Shown here: in pieces, positions 8,676 through 16,397 of the stretch
How positions within the stretch are numbered: the first letter of the stretch is position 1
Layout of the letters: the number at the start of each line of letters is the position of its first letter
DNA from: Dehalococcoidia bacterium
GTDB taxonomy: Bacteria; Chloroflexota; Dehalococcoidia; Dehalococcoidales; RBG-16-60-22
Direction of reading: 5' to 3'
NCBI GenBank assembly: GCA_041489355.1
Contig: JBGPRB010000002.1
Location: 1-39,394, forward strand
Length of the DNA stretch: 39,394 nt
Made by a program: the position numbers and the translations under genes
The notes under the pieces: generated by a model
Told to the model about the DNA's origin: nothing
Databases searched by the model: none
The model's input: only the letters and a program-made list of their open reading frames with translations

Positions 8676-8796
8676 TATTCGTGTCTTAATATAGCAATTT
8701 GCCCGTTTCCTCGGTATAATACTCCATAGTCGCCCCGGCCTTGAAACAACTCATCACTGCTTATAGCATTACTCTATCGCTGACAGGAGAAATACT

Positions 8797-9069
8797 ATGG
8801 AAACAAAAGAGTACGATGTAGTCATCAGACTGGTCGGCAACCGGAGCCCTTGTCACTCCGGCCACAAGATTGGTGACGAATGGGTCTTCGACTACATGAC
8901 GCCGGCAGGCATGTGCGGCCTGGCTTTCAATGCCCTCTATCCCGTCGCCCTCGCGCTCCAGTTCGGGGCCACGTTCCCCTGGCAGGACGACCCGGACGTT
9001 ATTACCGTCTCCTGCCCGGACGCCGAAGTCAACAATGTCTTTGAACTGCGGCGAAGACTGAAGAAATAA
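8797..9069 (+). CDS. Small Cys/His protein, TIGR04076-like (tentative)
   Basis: 90 aa. The pattern CHSGHK.GDEW....P.G.C..A...L......L..G..F.W......V.CPD matches my memory of that family. Confidence 0.6.
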   Translation: METKEYDVVIRLVGNRSPCHSGHKIGDEWVFDYMTPAGMCGLAFNALYPVALALQFGATFPWQDDPDVITVSCPDAEVNNVFELRRRLKK

Positions 9070-9236
9070 AAAGAGAACGTGGTTAAATCCCTCTCACCTT
9101 AAATTTCGGTGCTATCCCAAAGATATTTTGGGGGCTAACCCTCTGGTCAGACGCAGGATTTTTAAGATACATTAGTATTATACGAAGTACCCTCTTGGCA
9201 TATTTTCCCTTCAATCCGGTAAAAGGGGATATCGGG

Positions 9237-9446
9237 ATGACAATGGAAAATACTTTAGAAACCGGGGTAATACTGTCGGAACCTCTTCAGGAGACCAACG
9301 GATATTGCATCAACTGCCGCAGTATTGCTTTCTTTATGGTCGATAAAAAATTCGGCTATTACAAACAGTGCCCTAACTGCGGCCACATCGAATATCTCCA
9401 CAGGAGATTCCTGAGGTTCAATAGAGCCGCCCGCCAGTGGCAATAG
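9237..9446 (+). CDS. Hypothetical 69-aa zinc-ribbon protein (C-x2-C-x17-C-x2-C)
   Basis: I chose ATG 9237 (GGGGA 8 nt upstream) rather than the ORF-track TTG at 9195. It has the same length and Cys spacing as 17862-18071. Confidence 0.45.
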   Translation: MTMENTLETGVILSEPLQETNGYCINCRSIAFFMVDKKFGYYKQCPNCGHIEYLHRRFLRFNRAARQWQ

Positions 9447-9536
9447 TTATATCCAGGCTATAGGTGGAAATTGCCCTGCCTCTTCGGGACTGACATATTC
9501 CACCAATACTTTATATTCGCAAGGATGTCTCTTCAT
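9447..9536 (-). CDS. Candidate 29-aa small ORF (MKRHPCEYKVLVEYVSPEEAGQFPPIAWI)
   Basis: Below the ORF-track cutoff. GGAGG lies 6 nt upstream of the ATG and a TTGACA-17-TATAAC promoter lies upstream. The stop is 1 nt from the convergent gene's stop. Confidence 0.25.
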   Translation of the reverse strand: MKRHPCEYKVLVEYVSPEEAGQFPPIAWI

Positions 9537-9601
9537 GGCTGACCTCCTCTAATATGTTGACTATCTCACGGCAGTTGCCTCTAATTAAGAATATCATCCC
9601 G

Positions 9602-9630
9602 GTTATATCCCTCGCGATAAATGTTGTCAA
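9602..9630 (-). promoter_or_regulatory. Putative promoter on minus strand (TTGACA-17-TATAAC)
   Basis: On the plus strand it reads GTTATA (9602-9607) ... TGTCAA (9625-9630). It points toward the small ORF at 9536. Confidence 0.4.
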
Positions 9631-9754
9631 GCGTAGTAGTTGCCGGCTCTGTTTGCATTTACTTGATGAACTCGCCTTACCTCTGACCCATCTCCAGCCA
9701 GAGTTATCGAAGTGATATTATTTTCCCCTTATCTGGAAAAGGGAGTAACTTGCG

Positions 9755-9827
9755 AAGAGGGGTTCATCCTGAAGATTCACCCTGAAGGGCGCCAGCCCCT
9801 CTTAAAAAAATCTCCCCCTCTCCTGTT
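9755..9827 (+). repeat. Family C hairpin with long loop (AAGAGGGG...CCCCTCTT) + left arm of a family A hairpin (TCTCCCCCTCTCCTGTT)
   Basis: Same order as 6368-6437, but the A hairpin's right arm lies 150 nt away at 9980-9990. Confidence 0.6.
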
Positions 9828-9845
9828 GGGGGTTTTACCCCAAAT

Positions 9846-9877
9846 GTCATTCTGAGGAACGAAGTGACGAAGAATCT
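9846..9877 (+). repeat. Family B repeat (GTCATTCTGAGGAACGAAGTGACGAAGAATCT)
   Basis: Has the conserved GTCATTCT ... AGAATC termini. A related inverted unit (CCCTTCGCTACGCTCAGGGTGACA) lies at 9923-9946. Confidence 0.65.
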
Positions 9878-9971
9878 GTGGGTGGGATTGGCAGTACACA
9901 GATTGTCCCCACCACCCCCAGACCCTTCGCTACGCTCAGGGTGACATGTATACAGTTCTTATGAGGCAGGA

Positions 9972-10019
9972 CTCCTGTTAGGAGAGGGGGACCAAGAGGT
10001 TCACCCTGAAGAGGTGAGG
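9972..10019 (+). repeat. Right arm and tail of the split family A repeat (CTCCTGTT AGGAGAGGGGG ACCAAGAGG ... GGTGAGG)
   Basis: The tail ACCAAGAGG..GTGAGGT matches 22391-22408. Confidence 0.6.
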
Positions 10020-10162
10020 TTAATATCATTCGATATTAGGATAATAATTGAATAATCGAAAACAAAGAGAACCTTGTTATCAGTCTCACATAGAAATTTC
10101 TCTATCCTCACGGTATAATATTATTATCTGCCTTTTACGCAGAGGAAAGAGGCCTGCTCAAT

Positions 10163-11275
10163 ATGCGGCGTTTCCCTCCACCCTCGTGGGTCTCATTACC
10201 GCTCTGTCTGGCATCGATAAACCTGCTTTCCAACTGTGCTGTAGAAACCTCGAATGTTTTCATGGCGTTGTATGCCCGGGATATCGGCTCATCGAATTTA
10301 CAGGTAGGTTTCATCGCCGCCGCGGCCGGTATTGCTTTCCTCGTGTCATCCCTCCTCTTCGGGAGATTATCCGATATTCACGGCAGGATGAAGTATATCC
10401 GCATCGGCCTCGGGCTTACGGCGCTGTCTTATCTCTCCCAGATTCTCGCCCGTACGCCTATGACCCTGCTGGCCGCCAGGGGATTCGTTGGTTTCGCCAT
10501 CGGCATCAACTCGTCGGTGATGATGGCTTACACCTATGAGAACCAGAAACAAATCGGCAGCTTTATCTCTTACGGCTCACTCGGCTGGCTAATCGGCGCA
10601 GTGGTAGCCGCTATCGTAAAAAATTACGAGGCATTGTTTATCATCAGTGCCGTCGTGGCTTTCCTGGCTTTCCTCATCTCTTTTTGGCTGGAGGAGAAGG
10701 CTACCAGCCATATCCAGGTATCCGCATTCCCACTGCATTTGATTAAAGCGAATTATAAGATATACCTCGGCTTTTTCCTCAGGCAGCTCGGCGGCAATGC
10801 TATCTGGACCATCTGGCCGCTGTATCAGGCCAGTATCGGCGCCAGTAAAATGTGGATTGCCATCATGGAAGTAACCAACATGGTGGGACAAATCGTGTGG
10901 GTACGTTTCATCGAAAGGTTCAATCCGGCCAGGATGTTCCAGACAGGGCTTCTTTTATCGGCGGGGGTTTTCGTCGCTTATGGCCTGGCAAATCATTACC
11001 TGCAGCTGGTCCCCATCCAGGTGGTACTGTCTTTCGCCTATTCCAGTATGTTCGTCGGAGCCTTAATCTATCTTTTAAGACAGCACCGGGAATACGGTAC
11101 CGTCTCCGGCCTGATGAACTCCGCCAATGCCCTCTCCGGCAGCCTCGGCCCTTTCCTGGGAGGTGCGGTCTCTCAGGCATGGGGATATGGAACACTAATG
11201 TACGTCGGAGCCGGCATTTCTCTTTGTGCCTTCCTTTCCGCCCTGGGGTTGCAGGGACGCCAGGAAAAACGCTAG
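10163..11275 (+). CDS. MFS transporter
   Basis: 370 aa, hydrophobic throughout, with MFS-like TM1/loop (LYARDIGSSNLQVGFI ... GRLSDIHGR). Confidence 0.85.
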   Translation: MRRFPPPSWVSLPLCLASINLLSNCAVETSNVFMALYARDIGSSNLQVGFIAAAAGIAFLVSSLLFGRLSDIHGRMKYIRIGLGLTALSYLSQILARTPMTLLAARGFVGFAIGINSSVMMAYTYENQKQIGSFISYGSLGWLIGAVVAAIVKNYEALFIISAVVAFLAFLISFWLEEKATSHIQVSAFPLHLIKANYKIYLGFFLRQLGGNAIWTIWPLYQASIGASKMWIAIMEVTNMVGQIVWVRFIERFNPARMFQTGLLLSAGVFVAYGLANHYLQLVPIQVVLSFAYSSMFVGALIYLLRQHREYGTVSGLMNSANALSGSLGPFLGGAVSQAWGYGTLMYVGAGISLCAFLSALGLQGRQEKR

Positions 11276-11434
11276 AGCCCTTCAGCCATTGAAACCGTCA
11301 ATCTATATGAGGATACCACAGGGAGGTTATAGAAAAACTCTCCCGGGCTGGTTGAAATAAAGCGAAGTATATCCGCGGTATCATCCCCTTTCTTCACTTT
11401 GACGAGGCATTTACAACAAAGTATAATGAACCAG

Positions 11435-11463
11435 TTGTTGAAAAGCCCGCCAGTAAATATTAT
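11435..11463 (+). promoter_or_regulatory. Putative promoter of tRNA-Ser (TTGTTG-17-TATTAT)
   Basis: The -10 ends 34 nt upstream of the mature tRNA 5' end. Confidence 0.4.
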
Positions 11464-11497
11464 TATGTAAATTGCCAGAACTATCAATTTATATCCA

Positions 11498-11588
11498 GGA
11501 GGGGTGTCCGAGTGGTCTATGGTGACGGTCTTGAAAACCGTTTCCCGATTATATCGGGACGTGGGTTCGAATCCCACCCCCTCCGCCA
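11498..11588 (+). tRNA. tRNA-Ser (anticodon UGA), CCA encoded
   Basis: Acceptor stem GGAGGGG/CCCCTCC. Anticodon stem-loop ACGGT CTTGAAA ACCGT. Long variable arm CCCGAT/ATCGGG. T arm GTGGG TTCGAAT CCCAC. Discriminator G followed by CCA. Confidence 0.9.
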
Positions 11589-11645
11589 CCCTTAATAAAA
11601 TAAGACGCTTTGTCTGAGAAAGCAGCGGAAAGGCCTTGCTAATTT

Positions 11646-12716
11646 ATGTCGGAGAAGTATCGGCTCCCTCAATTACATACTCTCGATATCTTTTTGATAT
11701 TTATTCCTATCTCGATTATTATTTATTACCTTAATTTCAACCCGGTAATTTCTTTTATCGCCACAGGGGCTGCCATCATCGGCCTTTCTCATATTATTAT
11801 AGAGGCGACCGGCATCATCGCCCAGCGCGTCTCCAGTACCATTTCCGCCCTGATAAACGCCACCTTCGGCAATGCTATCGAGTTTTTTATTGCCGTTTTC
11901 TCTCTGCGCCAGGGCCTGATAGATATGGTCAAGGCTTCTATGGTCGGCTCAATCATTATTAATGTCCTGCTTCTTATCGGCCTGTCGATGTTTTTTGGAG
12001 GGCTTAAGTACAAGGAGCAGAGATTCAATAAGGACTCGGCCGGCCTTTCTTCGACGATGCTTATCATCGTGGTGGTCGGGCTGGTATTACCGTCAATGTA
12101 CGATATGCTACAGTCCAAACCCGCTCCGGCGATGAGCCTGGCGGTATCAGTAGTGCTGGGTATTGTGTACCTGCTCAGCCTGCTCTATACACTGGTGACA
12201 CACAAGCACCTGTTCGTGGTAGAGCGCGAGGTGCCGTCACCTCCGACTCGCCGCCCCTGGTCCCTCCGTACGGCTATTATCATCCTGCTCATCGCCATCG
12301 GTCTGGGCAGCTTCGAGTCTTACATACTGGTTAACAGCATTACCCCGCTCATCTTCGATATGGGGCTGACGCAGCGATTCGTCGGCCTGGTGCTCATCGC
12401 CTTTTTAACCAACATTTCAGAACATATCAGCGCGATAAGCTTCGCCCGGCGGGATAATATGACCATGTCACTGGAAATCGGCATGAGTTCCGCTTTACAG
12501 ATTGCTCTATTCGTGGTACCGGTGCTGGTGCTGCTCAGCTCTACCCTTACCGGCAATGCCATGAACCTGGTGTTCGGTCCGTTTTCACTGGTAGCCCTGG
12601 TGATGACGGCCATGATTGCCAACTATATCAGCGCCGACGGTATCTGCCACTGGCTGGAAGGCGTCCTGTTGATTGCGGTCTATCTGCTGATTGCCATTGC
12701 CTTTTATTTTATCTAG
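11646..12716 (+). CDS. Ca2+/H+ antiporter (CaCA/CAX family)
   Basis: About 11 TM helices. Two alpha-repeat signatures are present: GNAIEF and NISEH. Confidence 0.88.
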   Translation: MSEKYRLPQLHTLDIFLIFIPISIIIYYLNFNPVISFIATGAAIIGLSHIIIEATGIIAQRVSSTISALINATFGNAIEFFIAVFSLRQGLIDMVKASMVGSIIINVLLLIGLSMFFGGLKYKEQRFNKDSAGLSSTMLIIVVVGLVLPSMYDMLQSKPAPAMSLAVSVVLGIVYLLSLLYTLVTHKHLFVVEREVPSPPTRRPWSLRTAIIILLIAIGLGSFESYILVNSITPLIFDMGLTQRFVGLVLIAFLTNISEHISAISFARRDNMTMSLEIGMSSALQIALFVVPVLVLLSSTLTGNAMNLVFGPFSLVALVMTAMIANYISADGICHWLEGVLLIAVYLLIAIAFYFI

Positions 12717-12734
12717 GTGAGGCGCTTTACAAGT

Positions 12735-12752
12735 GGTGTCATATATGATACC
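12735..12752 (+). promoter_or_regulatory. Near-perfect 18-bp palindrome GGTGTCATATATGATACC upstream of hicA (possible HicB operator)
   Basis: 16 of 18 positions are self-complementary. It lies 33 nt upstream of the hicA GTG. Confidence 0.35.
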
Positions 12753-12784
12753 ATCATTATGAACATATAGAAAGGCAATGGTAA

Positions 12785-13009
12785 GTGTCCAAACGAGGTA
12801 AGAGAGAGGAGAGAATCCGGAATAACCCGAACAATGTTTCTCTTGTCGACTTTGAAGCTCTTATCAATCGGTATGGTTACATTAAAGAGGGCGGCAAGCA
12901 CCCCCAGGCTGCAATCGGGAACAGGGTTTCCCCCTATAAACGCTCCAACCCCGTCCGGCCACCTTATGTCGAAAAAATTTTAGAACTCATAGACAGCCTA
13001 AAGAAATAA
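12785..13009 (+). CDS. hicA: HicA-family toxin (mRNA interferase), tentative
   Basis: 74 aa, GTG start. It shows the pattern NNPNNVS..DFEALI.RYGY....GGKH...........V.PPYV..IL.LI, with His in a GxH context. It is paired with a HicB-like gene. Confidence 0.65.
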   Translation: MSKRGKREERIRNNPNNVSLVDFEALINRYGYIKEGGKHPQAAIGNRVSPYKRSNPVRPPYVEKILELIDSLKK

Positions 13010-13033
13010 TCAACATTCAACAGGAGCAAACAA

Positions 13034-13465
13034 ATGAGCAGAGAGGTAAAAGATTTACAGAAGCAGGTAGAATTTTATACTAATTTACCGTACACGATTA
13101 CCGTCGAACGTCGAGATGACCAGGGCACCTATTACGTGGCAAGATATATCGAGTTACCGGATCTTTTAATGACCGGAGATACGCCTGAAGAAGCCCTCGC
13201 CGAACTGGAGTCAGTCAAGCCCGAATGGATTGAGACCCACCTGGAGCTGGGCAATAAGATGCCGCCGCCATTGAAGGGCCGGCGGTACAGCGGCGAGTAT
13301 CGCCTCCGTATGCAGCCTTCCCTCCACGAAGCCGCAGTATTAATGGCCGAAATGGAAGGTGTCAGCCTGAACCAGTATACAGTGATGGCGCTATCGCGCG
13401 CCGTTGGCCAGGATGAAGTACGGCGGACCAAGCACCGGAAAATTAAATCTATAAAAACTTCCTGA
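13034..13465 (+). CDS. hicB: HicB-family antitoxin with C-terminal RHH-like DNA-binding tail
   Basis: N-terminal HicB fold pattern (YTITVERRDDQGTYYVARYIELPDLLMTGDTPEEALAEL). C-terminal segment SGEYRLRMQPSLHEAAVLMAEMEGVSLNQYTVMALSRAV. Confidence 0.78.
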   Translation: MSREVKDLQKQVEFYTNLPYTITVERRDDQGTYYVARYIELPDLLMTGDTPEEALAELESVKPEWIETHLELGNKMPPPLKGRRYSGEYRLRMQPSLHEAAVLMAEMEGVSLNQYTVMALSRAVGQDEVRRTKHRKIKSIKTS

Positions 13466-13533
13466 GCACCGACGGTATCTGCCACTGGCTGGAAGGCGTC
13501 CTGTTGATTGCGATTGCGTTTTATTTTATATAA
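13466..13533 (+). pseudogene. Orphan duplicate of the antiporter gene 3' end (last about 20 codons plus stop)
   Basis: 13469-13512 is identical (44/44) to 12634-12677. After an 18-nt in-frame gap, 18 of 21 further positions match, including an in-frame stop. It would read DGICHWLEGVLLIAIAFYFI*. Confidence 0.8.
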
Positions 13534-13569
13534 GCAACGTGATAAAAAAGTAGTAACCTATCCCACTTA

Positions 13570-13643
13570 CCCCCTCTCCAAACAAAATATCGAAGGCTTT
13601 CTCTAATGCTCCGTTTGGAGAGGGGGACGCAGGGGGTGAGGTA
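13570..13643 (+). repeat. Family A repeat with 14-bp stem (CCCCCTCTCCAAAC ... GTTTGGAGAGGGGG) and GGGGGTGAGGTAA tail
   Basis: Same architecture as 22333-22408. Confidence 0.8.
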
Positions 13644-13655
13644 AATAACGTCCCC

Positions 13656-15242
13656 TTAATGGGGTGTAATCTTCACCTTTTCCAGCCAGGCAAAGCCCAG
13701 CGGGGTTAGCTTATAGCCTTCCACGTAAGGCTTCACCAGCAAATAGTTCTCCCCGAACCACAGCGGCAGGCACGCCGCATCGTCCATCAGCATCTGCTCC
13801 GTCTGCTGGTAAAGTCCCAGACTCTTCTCGTTATCCGCCTCCACCGCCGCCTTATCCAGCAGGGCATCCACCTCCGGATTGGAATACTCGGCAAAGTTGT
13901 TCTCGGCGCCGGTGTGGAAAAGCACGTCCAGGAAGTCCTGCGGGTGGGGGTAATCGGCAATCCAGCCCATGTCGAACAACTCGTTCTTCTCTTCCTTGAG
14001 ATAATAGATGTACCTGTCCGGCTCCAGCTGCCGCACCGTCACCTCCACCCCGAGGTTATCACGCCACTCGGAAACAATCGCGTCCAGGGCCATGGATATC
14101 TCCCCTCCGTAGCCGGAGGTGGTCAGCGTGATGGGCGGCAGCTTGGATACATCGCCGTATTTTGACCTGGCGATTAGCTCTTTAGCCTTGGCAACATCAT
14201 AGCCCGGGCTGACCAGGCTTTTATTAAAGCCGGGGATTCCAGGGGGCAGGATGCCATCGGCGCGCTGCACCAGGTTCCGGAACACCAGCGATACTATCCT
14301 GTCCTTATCGAGAGCCAGCGTGAAAGCCCGCCGCACGTTAACGTCGTCGAAGGGCGGCTTGGTGGTGTTAAAACCTATCCAGCTGAAGCTCAGCTCGGGC
14401 GTTACCTGAAGTTCCTTGTAGAATGGCCCGGCCTTATCGGTCACCCGGTCGATATAGATGACGGAAACGCCGGCGATATCTATCTGCCCGGTCTCGTACA
14501 TGTTCATGGGCAAGCCGCTCCATAACTGGAATTCGACGCGTCCGACCCCGGCCACCCCTCCGTAGTACTTCTCGTTCCTTTCCAGGACGAGCAAATTGTT
14601 TTCATTCCACTCCGTTAATTTGAACGGTCCGGTGCCGTTCGGTTTCCGCCACCATTCTTTACCTTTGGACACATTGGCTTTATCCACGACATAAGTCGTG
14701 GGATAGGTCAGCTTGGACAGGAAATAGCTCTTGGGGGCATCTATGGTGACTCTAAAGGTATAGTCATCAATCACCTTGATGCCGCTGATTTCCCTGGCTC
14801 TACCTTCCAGGACATCCCTGACTCCCACGATGTCCCCTAGATACGTACCGGCGACATTCGAGCCGGTCGCCGGGTCGCAGGCGCGCTCCCAGGAGTACTT
14901 GAAGTCGGCGGCGGTAACTTTCCGTCCGTCCTGAAACGTGACGTCCTTGCGGAGGTAGAAGGTGTACGTCCGGCGGTCCTGGCTCATTTCCCACCTCTCG
15001 GCGATATCCGGCGCCGGTTCCAGGTTATCATCGGGTCGCACCAGCCCGCTGTAAATCTGTGTAACATACTCGTGGGAGGTCATCTCCGCCGAAACCGCCG
15101 GGTCGAGCGTAATGGGGTCGATGCCGTACATCTTGAGAACACCGCTGCCAACCACAGCCGGAGCTGACACTGTTGTAATGCAGCCAGCCAGAAATAGACC
15201 GCTCAGCAATACAATTGATAGAATTAATAATAATTTTTTCAT
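13656..15242 (-). CDS. ABC transporter substrate-binding lipoprotein, peptide/nickel (family 5) type
   Basis: Lipobox LAGC. 528 aa with an OppA/DppA-like sequence throughout. No permease or ATPase gene is adjacent. Confidence 0.88.
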   Translation of the reverse strand: MKKLLLILSIVLLSGLFLAGCITTVSAPAVVGSGVLKMYGIDPITLDPAVSAEMTSHEYVTQIYSGLVRPDDNLEPAPDIAERWEMSQDRRTYTFYLRKDVTFQDGRKVTAADFKYSWERACDPATGSNVAGTYLGDIVGVRDVLEGRAREISGIKVIDDYTFRVTIDAPKSYFLSKLTYPTTYVVDKANVSKGKEWWRKPNGTGPFKLTEWNENNLLVLERNEKYYGGVAGVGRVEFQLWSGLPMNMYETGQIDIAGVSVIYIDRVTDKAGPFYKELQVTPELSFSWIGFNTTKPPFDDVNVRRAFTLALDKDRIVSLVFRNLVQRADGILPPGIPGFNKSLVSPGYDVAKAKELIARSKYGDVSKLPPITLTTSGYGGEISMALDAIVSEWRDNLGVEVTVRQLEPDRYIYYLKEEKNELFDMGWIADYPHPQDFLDVLFHTGAENNFAEYSNPEVDALLDKAAVEADNEKSLGLYQQTEQMLMDDAACLPLWFGENYLLVKPYVEGYKLTPLGFAWLEKVKITPH

Positions 15243-15367
15243 GGCTTCGCTCTAAAACACCCCTCAGGCACAATATAACACAAACCCGTTTCTCATGCAC
15301 GATGTAGAGGACGCTGTCTGTATCGTACGCCATCATTCAGATACTGCCAGACTATTTCCATAAAATT

Positions 15368-15396
15368 TTGACATTTGTCACATATTGTGCTATTCT
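15368..15396 (+). promoter_or_regulatory. Putative promoter TTGACA-17-TATTCT with two TGTC/GACA palindromes
   Basis: TGACAttTGTCA (15369-15380) overlaps the -35. TGTCtgctGACA (15399-15410) lies just after the -10. Confidence 0.45.
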
Positions 15397-15429
15397 ATTG
15401 TCTGCTGACATTTTCCTAAGGAGGAGAAA

Positions 15430-15759
15430 ATGCTTCCCAGTGAAATGATAATACTCATGGCTATTGTCGTTAATGGAAAAAACGGCAAGAAATTTCTGTC
15501 CCGCCCGATGGATATTACCGGCGAATATATCGGTTATTTGTACAATTCTCTGGTAAATCGTGGCTATTTGAAGCACCGCGGGGCGGCAGACTATCAGCTT
15601 ACGCCAGCCGGTCGGGAAGCTATTTTCGACTTCGTCAGAAAAAAGAGAATCAGGTCTAAAGATGTCGTCAAGAGGTTGCAGTTTCTCGGCATCGAGATGA
15701 GTTCGGACCAGATACAAAAGATAGATAAACTGGAGAAAGAGGCCATTAACGTTAAGTAG
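15430..15759 (+). CDS. Hypothetical small protein, possibly winged-helix DNA-binding
   Basis: GGAGGAG RBS. 109 aa. The segment ...YLYNSLVNRGYLKH....DYQLTPAGREA resembles a wHTH recognition helix and wing. Confidence 0.45.
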   Translation: MLPSEMIILMAIVVNGKNGKKFLSRPMDITGEYIGYLYNSLVNRGYLKHRGAADYQLTPAGREAIFDFVRKKRIRSKDVVKRLQFLGIEMSSDQIQKIDKLEKEAINVK

Positions 15760-15802
15760 AGCAATAATGAATCCGCTAACGCCATTCTCTCTCAAATAGC
15801 CG

Positions 15803-15881
15803 CACACAGGGAGAATGCAAGCCTGTGTGACCTCCTTTATTATAGTGAGCTATGTATTCCCGCGCAGAGTACATAGCTCAC
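15803..15881 (+). terminator. Two consecutive hairpins downstream of 15430-15759
   Basis: CACACAGG/CCTGTGTG (15803-15829) and GTGAGCTATGTA/TACATAGCTCAC (15845-15881). Each is followed by A/T-rich sequence. Confidence 0.3.
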
Positions 15882-15935
15882 ATTATTATATACCGCTAGA
15901 GAGTCTAACAACTATTCCCGCACAAGCCGCCAGGT

Positions 15936-16160
15936 GTCATTGCGAGTCCTTCCGCTGAAGGACGAAGCAATCCGCAAAATCCTGTCTCTCTGTCATTCTG
16001 GCGAAGCTTGTCCCGTACTCGATACGGGAGCCAGAATCCACTCCCCTTTTCCCCTCTCCCTAAGAGCGAGGGGGTAAGTTTTTAAAGAAGGGGGCAAAGA
16101 CCCCTTCTTTTTTTCTTCCCCTTCCCCTCACAGGGGAAGGGGATTAAGGGGATAGGGTGA
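15936..16160 (+). repeat. Array of five hairpin repeats: B (15936-15974), B (15992-16040), A-like (16051-16076), C (16085-16109), A (16117-16160)
   Basis: Each unit has a perfect or near-perfect inverted repeat with family-typical termini. All are in the same orientation. Confidence 0.75.
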
Positions 16161-16333
16161 ATAACTTTCACTGTATATTTAAATCAATAATTTAATAAAA
16201 AGAGAGAGTTTTAACGTAACTTCTTTACTTTGCCTAACGGCAAACCTGATTTCCTCTCGCTAGCCAGCTGGCAGGTATCCAGCGGGGGCTTAATGACACC
16301 AAACCGTTGCTAAAAAACCCCCTTATCTAATAT

Positions 16334-16363
16334 TTGAATTATCATGGACTTTCAACATATAAT
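16334..16363 (+). promoter_or_regulatory. Putative promoter TTGAAT-18-TATAAT
   Basis: Lies 35 nt upstream of the 16398 ATG. Confidence 0.45.
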
Positions 16364-16397
16364 CATTAACAAACGGAAATAGATAAGGAGAAGACAG

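Noticed and set aside
10048-10539. 163-aa plus-strand ORF overlapping the MFS gene start
   Set aside because: It is out of frame with the MFS transporter, whose frame is hydrophobic and continuous for 370 aa. This ORF is Arg/Pro/Cys-rich.
11272-11589. 105-aa minus-strand ORF starting MAEGVGFEPTS
   Set aside because: Its N-terminus is the antisense translation of the tRNA-Ser T arm and acceptor stem, a classic artefact.
15352-15807. 151-aa minus-strand ORF and 15594-15785(-)
   Set aside because: They are antisense to the 15430-15759 gene. That gene has a consensus promoter and a GGAGGAG RBS; the antisense frames have neither.
15936-16160. Repeat clusters considered as CRISPR arrays (also 20367-20491 and 38526-38650)
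   Set aside because: The units differ in sequence and length, are individually palindromic, lack regularly sized unique spacers, and some are inverted relative to their neighbours. No cas genes are present.
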